Assembly (NCBI GenBank): GCA_963774655.1
Contig: CAVZFZ010000007.1
Coordinates: forward strand, 324,085 to 388,084
Length of the DNA: 64,000 nt
Direction: 5' to 3'
Origin: Bryobacterales bacterium
GTDB lineage: Bacteria; Acidobacteriota; Terriglobia; Bryobacterales; Bryobacteraceae
Below the pieces are notes generated by a model. It saw nothing but the letters and a program-made list of their open reading frames with translations, did not search any database and was not told the origin of the DNA. Shown here in pieces: positions 40,587 through 50,346 of this stretch. Each line of letters begins with the position of its first letter. The first letter of the stretch is position 1. The translations under genes were made by a program, and so were the position numbers.

Positions 40587-41994
40587 ATGATGAGACGCTT
40601 CTTGGCTTGTCTTGCCGTTGCTTCAACGCTGCTGGGTCAAAAGCCCGCGCCAACGACCTCCGTATCTTTGAGCGAATTCAGTTCGTCGCTGGAAAATTTA
40701 GTTAGGCGCGTTCGTCCCTCGGTGGTTCAGATTTATTCCACCGGTTACACCACCAGCGAAGAGAGCGGCGACTCCACCACTGCCAGCCTGCTTTCGAAGC
40801 AGCACAGCACGGGGTCGGGAATCGTTTTGACCGAGGACGGTTACATCGTCACCAATGCCCACGTGGTCAAAGGCGCGCGCCGGATTCAGGTTCGCTTGCC
40901 GTCTGTGAGCGAGGAGTTCGGCAGAAACGCCAGCATGCAGCCGGAAGGGAAGTTGATCGATGCAAAGCTGGTTGGTCTCGACCGCGATATTGATGTCGCG
41001 GTGGTGAAGATCGAGCGCAAGAGCCTGCCGTTTTTGTCGCTTCGGAGATTCCAATCGAATCCATCAGGGGCAACTCGTGATGGCTTTCGGCAGCCCTTTG
41101 GGCCTGGAAAGTTCGGCCAGCATGGGTGTGGTCAGTTCCGTCGCGCGCGCTCTCCATGCGGACGACATGATGGTTTACATCCAGACCGACGCGCCCATCA
41201 ATCCCGGCAACAGCGGCGGACCGCTGGTGGATACGGAGGGCCGCGTCATCGGGATCAACACGTTTATCCTCACGCAGTCCGGCGGCAGCGAGGGATTGGG
41301 TTTCGCCATACCCAGCAGCATCGTGGAAAGCGTATATGGGCAAATTCGAAAAGAAGGGCACGTGCACCGCGGGCGAATCGGAATCCACGCCCAGACCATT
41401 ACGCCAGGCATGGCAACCGGCCTGAATCTCACGCAGGATTGGGGCGTGATTGTTGCGGACGTTCAACCGGAAGGACCCGCCGATAAAGCAGGCGTAAAAA
41501 TCGGCGACATCATCCGCAGCCTGAACGGAAAAACGATTCACGACGCGCGCCAGCTCGAGTTGGAAATCTTTCGCTATCCCATGCGGCAAAAAGTGACGCT
41601 GGATATCCAGCGCGGCACGGATCATCTCTCCATCGAGGTGCCGGTGATTAACTCCGCCGATGACCCTACGCGTTTTGCGGATATGGTGAATCCCGAAGAC
41701 AATCTGATTCCGCGCCTCGGCATTCTAGGAATTGAAATCGACAAGCGGCTGGCGGCGATGTTGCCCGATCTGCGCAATTCGTATGGCATCGTGGTGGCGG
41801 CCGGTTCGACGACTGATCTTTCTAGCGGAACCGGATTGAACCCCGGCGACGTCATTTATTCTGTGAACGCAACTCCCGTGTCTACGGTAGTGGCATTGAA
41901 GACCAAGTTGTTGGAATACAAAGCCGGCGACGCGGTGGTGATGCAGGTGGAGCGTTCCGGCGTTCTGATGTACGTAACCATCGAGTTGGAATGA
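40587..41994 (+). CDS. htrA: HtrA/DegP-family periplasmic serine protease with PDZ domains; one apparent +1 frameshift
   Basis: Signal peptide, TNAHVV, DIAVVKI, and GNSGGPLV. The frame jumps near 41041 (LPFLSL|GDSNRIHQGQLVMAFGSPLGL). Two PDZ-like regions are present. Confidence 0.85.
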
Positions 41995-43304
41995 AACGGG
42001 TAGCCTCAACAATATTGCTGCTGGCGGTTGCAGTAGGCGGCGTTGCGCAAACCAAGAAGCCGCGAAAACCGGCGCCGGCGGATACCTCGGTTCCCGAAGA
42101 TGGTTCCGCGTGGCCGCTGGCACGCTTGAAGGTGGAGGGGAACCAGAATTACTCCACCGAACAGGTTCTGGCGGCCGCGAACCTCAAAGTGGGCCAGACC
42201 ATCGATAAGACTGGTATGGAGGCCGCGCGACAGCGGCTGCTGGATACCGGAGTCTTCGACCGCGCCGGTTATCGTTATGCCGCGGCAAAAGACGCCCACG
42301 GCTACGAGATGACGCTGGAAGTGGTCGAGATGGCGCAAATGTATCCGATCCGATTTGAAGATCTGCCGGCTACTGACGCCCAGCTGCGGGACTTTCTGAA
42401 ACAGAAAGATCCGTTGTTCGCCCCGAAAATCCCGGCCACCAAAATTGAAATTGACCGCTATGTGAAGTGGATCGTCGAATACCTGGCTGAACAGAATTAT
42501 CACGAGACGCTTTCCGGCAGGGTGGTTTCAGACAATCCGCCAGATTTGACGATTCTGTTCCGGCCAGCCAAGCAGCGGGCTTCGGTGGCGCGGGTGAAAT
42601 TCACCAATACGGGAGATTTGCCGTCGGGATTGCTGCAGACTGCGATCTTCGGCGTTGCAATCGGAACCGGTTATACGGAACAGAATTTCAGGCAGTTGCT
42701 GGAAGCCAGTGTCCGGCCGTTGTATGAGGCACGCGGAATGATTCAGGTGAAGTTTCCAAAGATAGAAACTACGCCGGCAAAAGATGTGGATGGCGTGGAA
42801 GTGGCGGTGGAGGTAGAACAGGGTCCGGTCTATAAACTGGGCCGCGTGGTCTTTGCCGGTTCCGACGATCTGACTCCGAAGGAACTGAATAAGATGACGA
42901 GCCTGAAACCAGATAAACCAGTGAACTTCGACGAAGTCAGGGCAGGGCAGGACAAAATCGCTCAAGCCCTGCGCCGCGACGGGTACATGCTGGCGAAATC
43001 CGACGTGCATCGGAAAATCAATGAGGAAGCGAAATCGGTTGACCTGAGATTTGAAATTATTCCTGGGCCGCAATTCATTTTTCACGAACTCACGATCGTC
43101 GGGCTCGACATCGAGACGGAGCCGGTGGTTCGAAAACTCTGGGGACTGCGCAACGGCAGGCCGTTCAACGTCGACTATCCGAATCACTTCCTGGAGCGCG
43201 TCAAGGAAATGGGAATCTTCGACAACCTCAGCAAGACGAATTCCGAGTCCAAGGTGAATCCCAAAGACAACACCGTAGACGTGACGCTCTACTTCAACAA
43301 GTAG
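41991..43304 (+). CDS. Secreted POTRA-repeat protein without an obvious beta-barrel
   Basis: It shares an ATGA overlap with htrA and has a signal peptide. Several units resemble VEGNQNYSTEQVLAAANLKVGQTIDKTGMEAARQRLLDTGVF. At 437 aa it is too short for BamA. Confidence 0.55.
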   Translation: MKRVASTILLLAVAVGGVAQTKKPRKPAPADTSVPEDGSAWPLARLKVEGNQNYSTEQVLAAANLKVGQTIDKTGMEAARQRLLDTGVFDRAGYRYAAAKDAHGYEMTLEVVEMAQMYPIRFEDLPATDAQLRDFLKQKDPLFAPKIPATKIEIDRYVKWIVEYLAEQNYHETLSGRVVSDNPPDLTILFRPAKQRASVARVKFTNTGDLPSGLLQTAIFGVAIGTGYTEQNFRQLLEASVRPLYEARGMIQVKFPKIETTPAKDVDGVEVAVEVEQGPVYKLGRVVFAGSDDLTPKELNKMTSLKPDKPVNFDEVRAGQDKIAQALRRDGYMLAKSDVHRKINEEAKSVDLRFEIIPGPQFIFHELTIVGLDIETEPVVRKLWGLRNGRPFNVDYPNHFLERVKEMGIFDNLSKTNSESKVNPKDNTVDVTLYFNK

Positions 43305-44266
43305 TTGCGCCGGCGCCGGGCGAAAATTATTCCCCCAAAAGAGGCAGCGAGAAACGCGATGGTGGAAGGCTCGGGAACTGCCGAGGCCAGCGGATCGATG
43401 GGTCCGTTGCCAGTGTCGCCTTGGATTAGCAGATCGTAGTTGAAAAGATTGGTGGCGGGATTGGAAACGTTGGGGCTCCCGGCAACTTCGACGATCCAAA
43501 GGCCTGCATCGCCGATGGGCACCGTGAAGTCGATGATCGACGAGGAGCCGTTGGGTGCATTTCCAGCCGCGACCGCCACAAGATTTCCGTTCGGGTCGTA
43601 CAGTAACAGCTCGGGAAACTGCGTGGCGGGCGTTTCGCCGTTGACCAAGAAATGCAAATTATCTCCCGTGTTGGCGCTGACGGCGTAATAACCGGGATCG
43701 TTCGGATCGGTTAGCGCACCGAGGACGTCCGTGCTGTATTGAATCACGGAGCCGGTGAGCTTCAGATCGTAGTTGAAGAAATTGGTGGCAGGGTTCGGAG
43801 CGTTGGGGCTTCCGACCACTTCGGCGGTCCAATTGCCAGAATCGCCGCTTGGGACTGTGAAGTCGATAATCGACGAAGATCCGTTGCTAGCGTTTCCCGC
43901 CGCGATGGCAACCAGATTTCCATTCGGGTCGTAGAGCAGCAGTTCGGGAAATTGAGTGGCGGGATTCGAAGCGTCAACCCGAAGGCTAATGGTTTTGCCG
44001 TCGGTGGCGGCAATCGAAAAAAACTCTTGGGAGTGGCCGGCTGTGATGGACCCCAAGCCTTCCGACGCCTGGTATTCGGGACTTACGGGTTGCGCGGTTC
44101 CGAGAGTAAAGTTCGGTGGCGCCTGATTGATGACCAGATCCGGATTTACAATGAGAGCCTTCGCCGTTCCAAGAGTGGTGTTGGCACCAGTCGCAAAAAC
44201 AAAGGTGTCCGCCTGGATGGTGATGAGAGGTAGGAAGAAGAATAGTCCGATCGCTTTTTGACGCAC
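43289..44266 (-). CDS. PEP-CTERM-anchored secreted protein with an internal domain duplication
   Basis: The C-terminus VPEPSTIAFLAASFGGIIFARRRR is a PEP-CTERM motif. It contains two roughly 140-aa repeats (ATQFPELLLYDPNGNLVA.AAGNA.NGSSSIIDFTVP). Confidence 0.75.
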   Translation of the reverse strand: MRQKAIGLFFFLPLITIQADTFVFATGANTTLGTAKALIVNPDLVINQAPPNFTLGTAQPVSPEYQASEGLGSITAGHSQEFFSIAATDGKTISLRVDASNPATQFPELLLYDPNGNLVAIAAGNASNGSSSIIDFTVPSGDSGNWTAEVVGSPNAPNPATNFFNYDLKLTGSVIQYSTDVLGALTDPNDPGYYAVSANTGDNLHFLVNGETPATQFPELLLYDPNGNLVAVAAGNAPNGSSSIIDFTVPIGDAGLWIVEVAGSPNVSNPATNLFNYDLLIQGDTGNGPIDPLASAVPEPSTIAFLAASFGGIIFARRRRNYLLK

Positions 44267-44269
44267 GAT

Positions 44270-44924
44270 CTAGTCTACCGCAAGACTGGAGAAATAACCG
44301 TCGGTGGTGCTGTCGGACCAAAGTGCGATGCGGCCTTCGGACTCGCCGAGCTTGAGATCGTTGACAATCAGGCACGGTTCCTTCGCGTTGTTCACATAAA
44401 GGCGGGCGGTGATGCCGGAAACCACAATTTTGAGGTTGGTCCAAGCACCGGCTTCCAAGTCCACGTACGATTCATAGACGCCAGGAGTTTCTTTGCGCAA
44501 ACGCTCCCAGGGAAAATCCGGCAGCGGAAATATATTGGGCGCTATGGTTGCGGCGCAGTTGGTCGTCGGCGCGGGCATTGGTGGGGCGGATGTAGAAACA
44601 TTCAAACTTGGCGCCTTGCTGCTGGACGCGGAACGCGATACCGATGAACCCTCGTGAGGTGGGAGGCGCACCAGCGCGCGGCGCTCCGGCCAGATCCACC
44701 TGGATTGTTCCATTCTTGAAATTGGAGCCAGGGAGGATCGCTAGCAGCGATCCACTGCTGTCCTGGCCCGGCACTGGATCGAGCCGCACAGCGCGGCGTC
44801 CGCGGTAATTCACTGCCTCGGCTTTCGCGTTGACCAGCTCCAAGCTCTCGACGGAATCCAGACGGAAGTCAGCGGCGCCGGCGACGAAGGCAAGTGCAAG
44901 GAAGGCAAAGAAAAGCTTGCGCAT
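44270..44924 (-). CDS. DUF1080 / LamG-like (3-keto-disaccharide hydrolase fold) secreted protein; one apparent single-base insertion
   Basis: Signal peptide. GFIGIAFRV and FECFYIRPTNARADDQ lie in the frame of track ORF 44472-44924. DFPWERLRKETPGVYESYVDLEAGAWTNLKIVVSG...GRIALWS lies in 44270-44713. The junction is near 44535. Confidence 0.65.
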
Positions 44925-44926
44925 GG

Positions 44927-46231
44927 TTATTGCAGCGCGTACAAATAGCCATCCGTACTGCCGACATAGACCACGCCGTTTGCGATCAAGGGCGACGAGA
45001 AGAAGGACCCGACAGTGGATTGAAAAGTCAGCGCGTACGTAGCGGGCTCACGCCAGTTGGTTGGGAAAATCATGGGATCGTTGAACTTCCGGTCGGCGGT
45101 GAGCACCCAATTGCGGTTTTCGCGCGAGGCATCCGTTTGAAAGTCCCAAAGCAGCTCGCCGGTCGAGAGATCGCGGGCTTCGAGCGTACCGTTCAGAATC
45201 CCGAAATAGACCACGTCACCCGCCACCGCCGGCGAGGAAAACACATAAGCTTTCAACTGCTGTTTCACGGCGTCCTTGCCGGTGGCGGCATCCAGCATAT
45301 GGAATAGGCTGGAATCGGAGGTCGCGAAAAGCACTTTTCCCTTTGCGACCATGGGCGAAGTGATCACCCAGCTCATTTCATTGTTGAAGCGCCACTTTTC
45401 TTTTCCGGTGGCCGCATCAATGGCATAGACATTGGAATCGCGGCAGCCGACATACACAACGCCGTCCGCAACGGTTGGCGACGATTGGAATCCAACTTGA
45501 TTGTGGACCACTGGGTCGTCCCCGCTTTTGAAGCGCCATTTCTCGTGACCTGTGGCAGCGTCGACGGCGTAGAGATAACTGTCCCAACTTCCGAAGTAGA
45601 GCGTTCCCGCATCGAAGGCGGGTGAAGAATGCACCACGTCGCCGGTCTGGAATTTCCAGCGAAGGTCGCCGGAAGCAGCATCCAGCGCGTACAAGTTCCC
45701 ATCGCCCGAGCCGAAATAGACTGCAGCGTCGACCACGACGGGACTGGATAGGTAGAGATCCCACGGATCGGCAATGGTTTGAGTTTTTGGCAGAAGTCCG
45801 TGAATGCCCTTTGCCTCAAAACGCCGCTCGCCGCCCGTTGCGAATTTCCACTTCAGCTTTCCGGTGGCCGCGTTCAGCGCATAAAACTTGCCATCGTAGC
45901 TGGGGAAGTAGACAGTGTCGCCGGCCACCGCGGGACTGGATGGCACCGGGCCTTGCGTCGCGTATTTCCATTTCTGGATTCCCGTGGCGGCGTCCACTGC
46001 GTACAGATTGTTGTCATCGGATCCGAAATACAGAATCCCGTCGCGATATACCGGCGAAGAGACGATTCGGCTGCCTGTTGGAAACTTCCATTTGACGCCT
46101 TGCAGCTTGCGCGGACCCGAGCCAGCGTACACGCCGGAATGCGTTGGATCACCGCGGAACATCCATTGGGCCTGCGAGAGTCCGGCTGCGGCGAGTGTCA
46201 GGCATGCGATGCGCAGGAAAGATGGGTTCAT
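44927..46231 (-). CDS. PQQ-like (BamB-like) beta-propeller repeat protein, secreted
   Basis: Repeated units of the form SSPVV..G.VYFGS.DG.LYA.DA.TG..KWKF. Confidence 0.8.
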   Translation of the reverse strand: MNPSFLRIACLTLAAAGLSQAQWMFRGDPTHSGVYAGSGPRKLQGVKWKFPTGSRIVSSPVYRDGILYFGSDDNNLYAVDAATGIQKWKYATQGPVPSSPAVAGDTVYFPSYDGKFYALNAATGKLKWKFATGGERRFEAKGIHGLLPKTQTIADPWDLYLSSPVVVDAAVYFGSGDGNLYALDAASGDLRWKFQTGDVVHSSPAFDAGTLYFGSWDSYLYAVDAATGHEKWRFKSGDDPVVHNQVGFQSSPTVADGVVYVGCRDSNVYAIDAATGKEKWRFNNEMSWVITSPMVAKGKVLFATSDSSLFHMLDAATGKDAVKQQLKAYVFSSPAVAGDVVYFGILNGTLEARDLSTGELLWDFQTDASRENRNWVLTADRKFNDPMIFPTNWREPATYALTFQSTVGSFFSSPLIANGVVYVGSTDGYLYALQ

Positions 46232-46935
46232 ACTTTCACCGCCGGATGCAGAGTGAGCGGGATCTCCAGCGGCCCCTGCCGAAACTCGCCGTTGATCTCG
46301 TTCTTCTCTTTGAGAAAGCGGCCCTCGTAGGTCATGCCGCGCTCGTGCATTTCAACCGTCAGCATTTCGCCCTCCTGCGTGATCAGGTCGATCGGAAGCG
46401 TGGTTTCGCGCTTGCCGGCGATGATGAATTGGCCCGTGGCTTTTCCGCCGGTTTGATTGGCCAATTTGATGGTTATGTGAATCGGGTTGCCCGCATAACT
46501 CATGTCGCCTTTCCATTCGCCTTCCAGCTCTTTTCGGACTGCAGTGCTGACAGGAGGTAATTCCACCTGTGCGGGTCCGACGTTCTGTAACGTGAAGGGC
46601 GCGGAATTTCCGGCCTGCTTGAACTCACCGGTAAGAGCGCCGGATGCACTCAGGCGTCCTTCGAACTTCGGATCGCCGAGTGCGCCTTGGATGACGAAGG
46701 AGACGCTGGAATCCTTCACGGCGACGTCTGAAAGCGCAGCGCCCTTGATTCCGAAGCCTGGAAGGATGATGGAGCCCACCCATTCACCGGCGCTGGTTTG
46801 TGCAAGATCGACGATCACTTTTATCTCAGCGTTGGGTAGCCGGACCGATCCATCCCAACGAGCGGCGAGCGGCTGTGCGGCGAACGCGCCAGATACGGCC
46901 GCGAACAGGAGAGAACCGAAAATCTTCAATGTCAT
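46228..46935 (-). CDS. Hypothetical secreted protein
   Basis: I chose the start MTLKIFGSLLFAAVSGAFAAQP. It shares an ATGA overlap with the downstream propeller gene. I do not recognise a family. Confidence 0.5.
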   Translation of the reverse strand: MTLKIFGSLLFAAVSGAFAAQPLAARWDGSVRLPNAEIKVIVDLAQTSAGEWVGSIILPGFGIKGAALSDVAVKDSSVSFVIQGALGDPKFEGRLSASGALTGEFKQAGNSAPFTLQNVGPAQVELPPVSTAVRKELEGEWKGDMSYAGNPIHITIKLANQTGGKATGQFIIAGKRETTLPIDLITQEGEMLTVEMHERGMTYEGRFLKEKNEINGEFRQGPLEIPLTLHPAVKV

Positions 46936-47119
46936 CTTAGCGCGCACTCGGTGCAATCGCGCAGCCAAGCAGGCGTTTCGGCGCAGCGCGTTGAGATTGG
47001 ATATGTTCAAACGCGCGGGGAAGTATCCCGGAATGTTTTAGTTGTCCAGTTTTGGGAAAGGGCGTCGCGTTCGCAAACATTTCCCGCGTTTGCTGGTTAC
47101 TAATAAGGTTGATTGGTTT

Positions 47120-47635
47120 CTATTCTTTGGCCCAGGGCGGAACCACGCCGCTCGTGCGAGCGTAGGCGATCAACTGGCCCATGTGCTCATTGGCGTGGAC
47201 GATGATGCGGAGGTACATGCCGTCGACGGTGGCATCGCGGCCGTTGACCTTCACCTTGCGCTGAAGATCGGTGGGTTTCACGGTCGCGTGGGCCACTTTC
47301 ACGGCATCGAGCGAGCGTTGCAACCAGTCGATGACGTCGGCTTTGGCGGTGACGGTTTTTTCCAGGTCCGTTTCGGAAGTCAGGCCGGCAGGCAATTTCG
47401 GACCGGTGGCCGCGAGTAAGAAATAGTTGGCAAGCGCGATGTGCATGTACACTTCGCTCACGGATCTGACGCCAGCCGCCGGACGCCACGCAAATTTCTC
47501 GGCAGGCGTGGCTTCGGCGAGAGCGATCAGTTGGCGCGAGACGTGTCCCCACTCGCCGTCGTAGCCTTGCCAGAGGCCTTCGATGTCGGCGTGGAGGGTG
47601 GTGGCGAGGAGAGCGGCAAGGACGAGGGATTTCAT
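47120..47635 (-). CDS. DinB-family (four-helix bundle, metal-binding) protein, secreted
   Basis: Signal peptide. The sequence has the histidine spacing typical of DinB/YfiT (VYMHIALANYF, VHANEHMGQLIAY). Confidence 0.65.
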   Translation of the reverse strand: MKSLVLAALLATTLHADIEGLWQGYDGEWGHVSRQLIALAEATPAEKFAWRPAAGVRSVSEVYMHIALANYFLLAATGPKLPAGLTSETDLEKTVTAKADVIDWLQRSLDAVKVAHATVKPTDLQRKVKVNGRDATVDGMYLRIIVHANEHMGQLIAYARTSGVVPPWAKE

Positions 47636-47688
47636 TTTTCCAGGATAGCGGTTGGGGAGGAACGTTTCTTGGATGGGATAAGCAGGCG

Positions 47689-48444
47689 TTAGATCTGGCC
47701 CTGACCTCCATCGACGAAGAGTTCACTGCCGGTGATATAACTACTTTCGTCGGAGGCGAGGAACGCGACCGCTTTGGCGATCTCATCCGTGGTTCCGGTT
47801 CTGCCCAGCGGAATGGCCGGAGTGACGGACTGGATGTAGTCTTCCAGTTGCTGTTCCGTCATCCCAAGGCTTGTGTGATAGCCCGGCGTTGGAATGACGC
47901 CCGGACTGACCGCGTTGACGCGGATGCCCTTGCCTTTCAAGTCCACGGCCCAACTGCGGGCAAACGAGCGCAGCGCCGCTTTGGTGGCACTGTAGACGCT
48001 GAAGGCCGGGACTCCTTTAATGGAAACCAGCGACGCGTTCAAGATAATCGCGCTGCCCGCGGACATCAGAGGCAATGCGCTCTGAACCGTGAAGAGCGTA
48101 CCCTTGACGTTGACGTCGAACTGCTTGTCGAAGTGTTCCTCGGAAATCTGTCCCAGACTAGCGAACTCGCCGATGCCGGCATTGGCGAAGAGGATGTCGA
48201 GTTTGCCTTTCTCCCGGCGGATGGTCTCAAAAACCCTTTCGATATCCCCCAAGCGAGAGATGTCTCCCTGAATCCCGGTAGCTGAATGGCCGATCTCGCG
48301 AACCGCCTGTTCGAGCTCTTTCTGGCGGCGTCCCGTAATGTAGACCGTGGCGCCGCGTTGAGCGAAGAGTTTGGCTGTCGCCAGTCCGATTCCGCTGCTG
48401 CCCCCTGTCACTAGGGCGACTTTTCCGTCAAATTGCGAGTTCAT
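47689..48444 (-). CDS. SDR family oxidoreductase
   Basis: VALVTGGSSGIGLATA, NAGI, and YSATKAAL. Confidence 0.85.
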   Translation of the reverse strand: MNSQFDGKVALVTGGSSGIGLATAKLFAQRGATVYITGRRQKELEQAVREIGHSATGIQGDISRLGDIERVFETIRREKGKLDILFANAGIGEFASLGQISEEHFDKQFDVNVKGTLFTVQSALPLMSAGSAIILNASLVSIKGVPAFSVYSATKAALRSFARSWAVDLKGKGIRVNAVSPGVIPTPGYHTSLGMTEQQLEDYIQSVTPAIPLGRTGTTDEIAKAVAFLASDESSYITGSELFVDGGQGQI

Positions 48445-48889
48445 ATTACTGCCTTTCTGATGAGAAGCAACGCCGAGCGATGTTGGCGAGTCTCCTGCTA
48501 CATATCCATCGGTATAGATGTCAATTGTAGGCTGGCGATTCGGAAACGGAAAAGAATGGTGCTGGAGCGGGGAAAGAACATGGCGTCATGGGACGGCCCC
48601 ACGAATTCGACACGGACGTCTGCAGCCGTTGTTTCGCCCGCTTTGGAGCGCGATTCACACAATCCATTGGCCCGCCACTGCGCTGATGGAGGCTAGCAAA
48701 GGGACAACAGGATTAGGCTCTCGTAAATCACGGTTGCTTGGTGCTGTACTTCACGAGTTCAATCGTCCGAGCCAGCCTTTGCATGAAGGGGACCCACCAT
48801 TCTGCGAGTGGCGCGTGATCCACTCGGAGCCGGGAAACGCCAGGCGACTTTGCGCGAGTATTCCGAGCTAAGCATGCCTTCGCCCGCAC

Positions 48890-49273
48890 TTGTCCGAGAT
48901 GACGGATCGGATCAATATTGGAAGACGTGAAACAAAACGCCGACTATCAGTACGGGCCACGAGAGCATTCTTCGGAGCGACTGTGCGCTATGCCGACGCC
49001 GCGGGAACGGAGCGAGTGGTGAGCATCGTGGGCACCGACGAGGTCGATCTCAACCGCAACCACATTAGTTGGGTGTCCCCTCTGGGGCGCGCGTTGATGA
49101 AATCGGCAGCGGGCGATTGCGTAGTTCTCCAAGCGCCGAGCGGTACAGCATACCTGACCGTGCTGGAAGTGTGTTACAAGCGCATTTCGGTGGAACCGTT
49201 CCGTGAACCACCTGGAGCCGAGGCCTCGGCTAAGGGACCCCCTCGCGGAGCCAATCCACCTGACGAAGTTTAG
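48890..49273 (+). CDS. GreA/GreB-family C-terminal domain protein; the upstream coiled-coil part appears disrupted
   Basis: AFFGATVRYADAAGTERVVSIVGTDEVDLNRNHISWVSPLGRALMKSAAGDCVVL resembles the GreB C-terminal domain. Track ORF 48518-48871 is in the same frame but separated by a TAA at 48869-48871. Gre-like fragments (..WR/ARDHSE.GNA.., ..KRQATLRE..) are scattered over several frames upstream. Confidence 0.5.
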   Translation: MSEMTDRINIGRRETKRRLSVRATRAFFGATVRYADAAGTERVVSIVGTDEVDLNRNHISWVSPLGRALMKSAAGDCVVLQAPSGTAYLTVLEVCYKRISVEPFREPPGAEASAKGPPRGANPPDEV

Positions 49274-49398
49274 CGAAAAGCGGCTCGCAATCGCGTTCCG
49301 AAGCGAAGAAATCCGCCCACTGCGGCGACGGAGAGAAGACTTCTGCGGGAAAATCGGCGGTTCCAAACTCAATATAGGGCTTTCCCGATCGTCTCCCG

Positions 49399-49638
49399 TA
49401 CCGAGCCGCGACCGCGAGGAAGCGTAACGACACTACGGACGTCGTGGTAGCGCTCCGTTGAAGACGCCGGCCGTGATTGAAAAACAACGGCACCGACTCC
49501 CTCACGGTCGCGGCTCGGCAACGGGGAATCTCATTCCGAGCCGCGAGCGTAAGCGACCGGTGATTTGGTTTTTCAAGCGTCTTCATGACCTTCGGTGGGC
49601 CGCAGGCCCATGGTCACTCCCTCGCAGCCGCGGTTCGG
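49399..49638. repeat. Composite REP cluster: a long R-A element split by two R-B arms (nested)
   Basis: Left arm: ACCGAGCCGCGACCGCGAGGAAGCGTAA...CGTGGTAGCGCTCCGTTGAAGACGC. Then two R-B arms. Right arm: GCGTCTTCATGACCTTCGGTGGGCCGCAGGCCCATGGTCACTCCCTCGCAGCCGCGGTTCGG. Confidence 0.85.
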
Positions 49639-49652
49639 CAACGTCCCCAAAA

Positions 49653-50333
49653 CTAGGGCGAGAATCGATAGCCGACACCGCGGATGGTGTAAATGTGGCG
49701 CGGATTTTGCGGATGATCTTCCAGTTTCTGCCTGAGCCATGCGACGTGCACGTCGATGGTGCGAGAGGAAACTCCGGGCTGGTAATCCCACACGGTCTGC
49801 AACAGGTCGTTACGCGAAACCACCGTTCCGCGATGGTCGATCAGGTAGCGCAGAAGATCCAGCTCCTTACCCGCCAGGTTGATCCGCTTTCCGCGCTTGG
49901 CTACATCGCCCTTTTCGAAATCCACTTCCACTTCGCCGAAGCGGAAACGGGAGACACTCACGGGAGCCTGTTTATCCGAACGCCGCAGCAACGCCTCGAT
50001 CCGGGCCAGAAGCTCCGGCGGCTCGAACGGCTTCGACAGGTAATCGTCGGCGCCGAGTTTTAATCCGGCGACGCGATCCGCCAGTTGCGTCTTGGCGGTC
50101 AACATCAGGATCACAACGTGATTGCCGCTCGCGCGCAGTTCCCGGCAAACCTGCAGGCCGTCTTTCCCGGGAAGCATGACGTCCAGAATCACCAGGTCAA
50201 AATGGTGGCTTTGGGCTTTCGCCAATCCGCTGGGGCCATCCAAGGCGCTTTCCACGAGGTAGCCTTGTTCCGCCAAAAGATCGGACAGGGTGAGCACCAG
50301 GCTCGGTTCATCCTCGATCAGTAGAATGCGCAA
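49653..50333 (-). CDS. OmpR-family response regulator
   Basis: MRILLIEDE...DLVILDVMLPGKDG...LTAK..., followed by a winged-helix C-terminus (RGVGYRF). Confidence 0.9.
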   Translation of the reverse strand: MRILLIEDEPSLVLTLSDLLAEQGYLVESALDGPSGLAKAQSHHFDLVILDVMLPGKDGLQVCRELRASGNHVVILMLTAKTQLADRVAGLKLGADDYLSKPFEPPELLARIEALLRRSDKQAPVSVSRFRFGEVEVDFEKGDVAKRGKRINLAGKELDLLRYLIDHRGTVVSRNDLLQTVWDYQPGVSSRTIDVHVAWLRQKLEDHPQNPRHIYTIRGVGYRFSP

Positions 50334-50346
50334 GAGGCGCCTCCTT

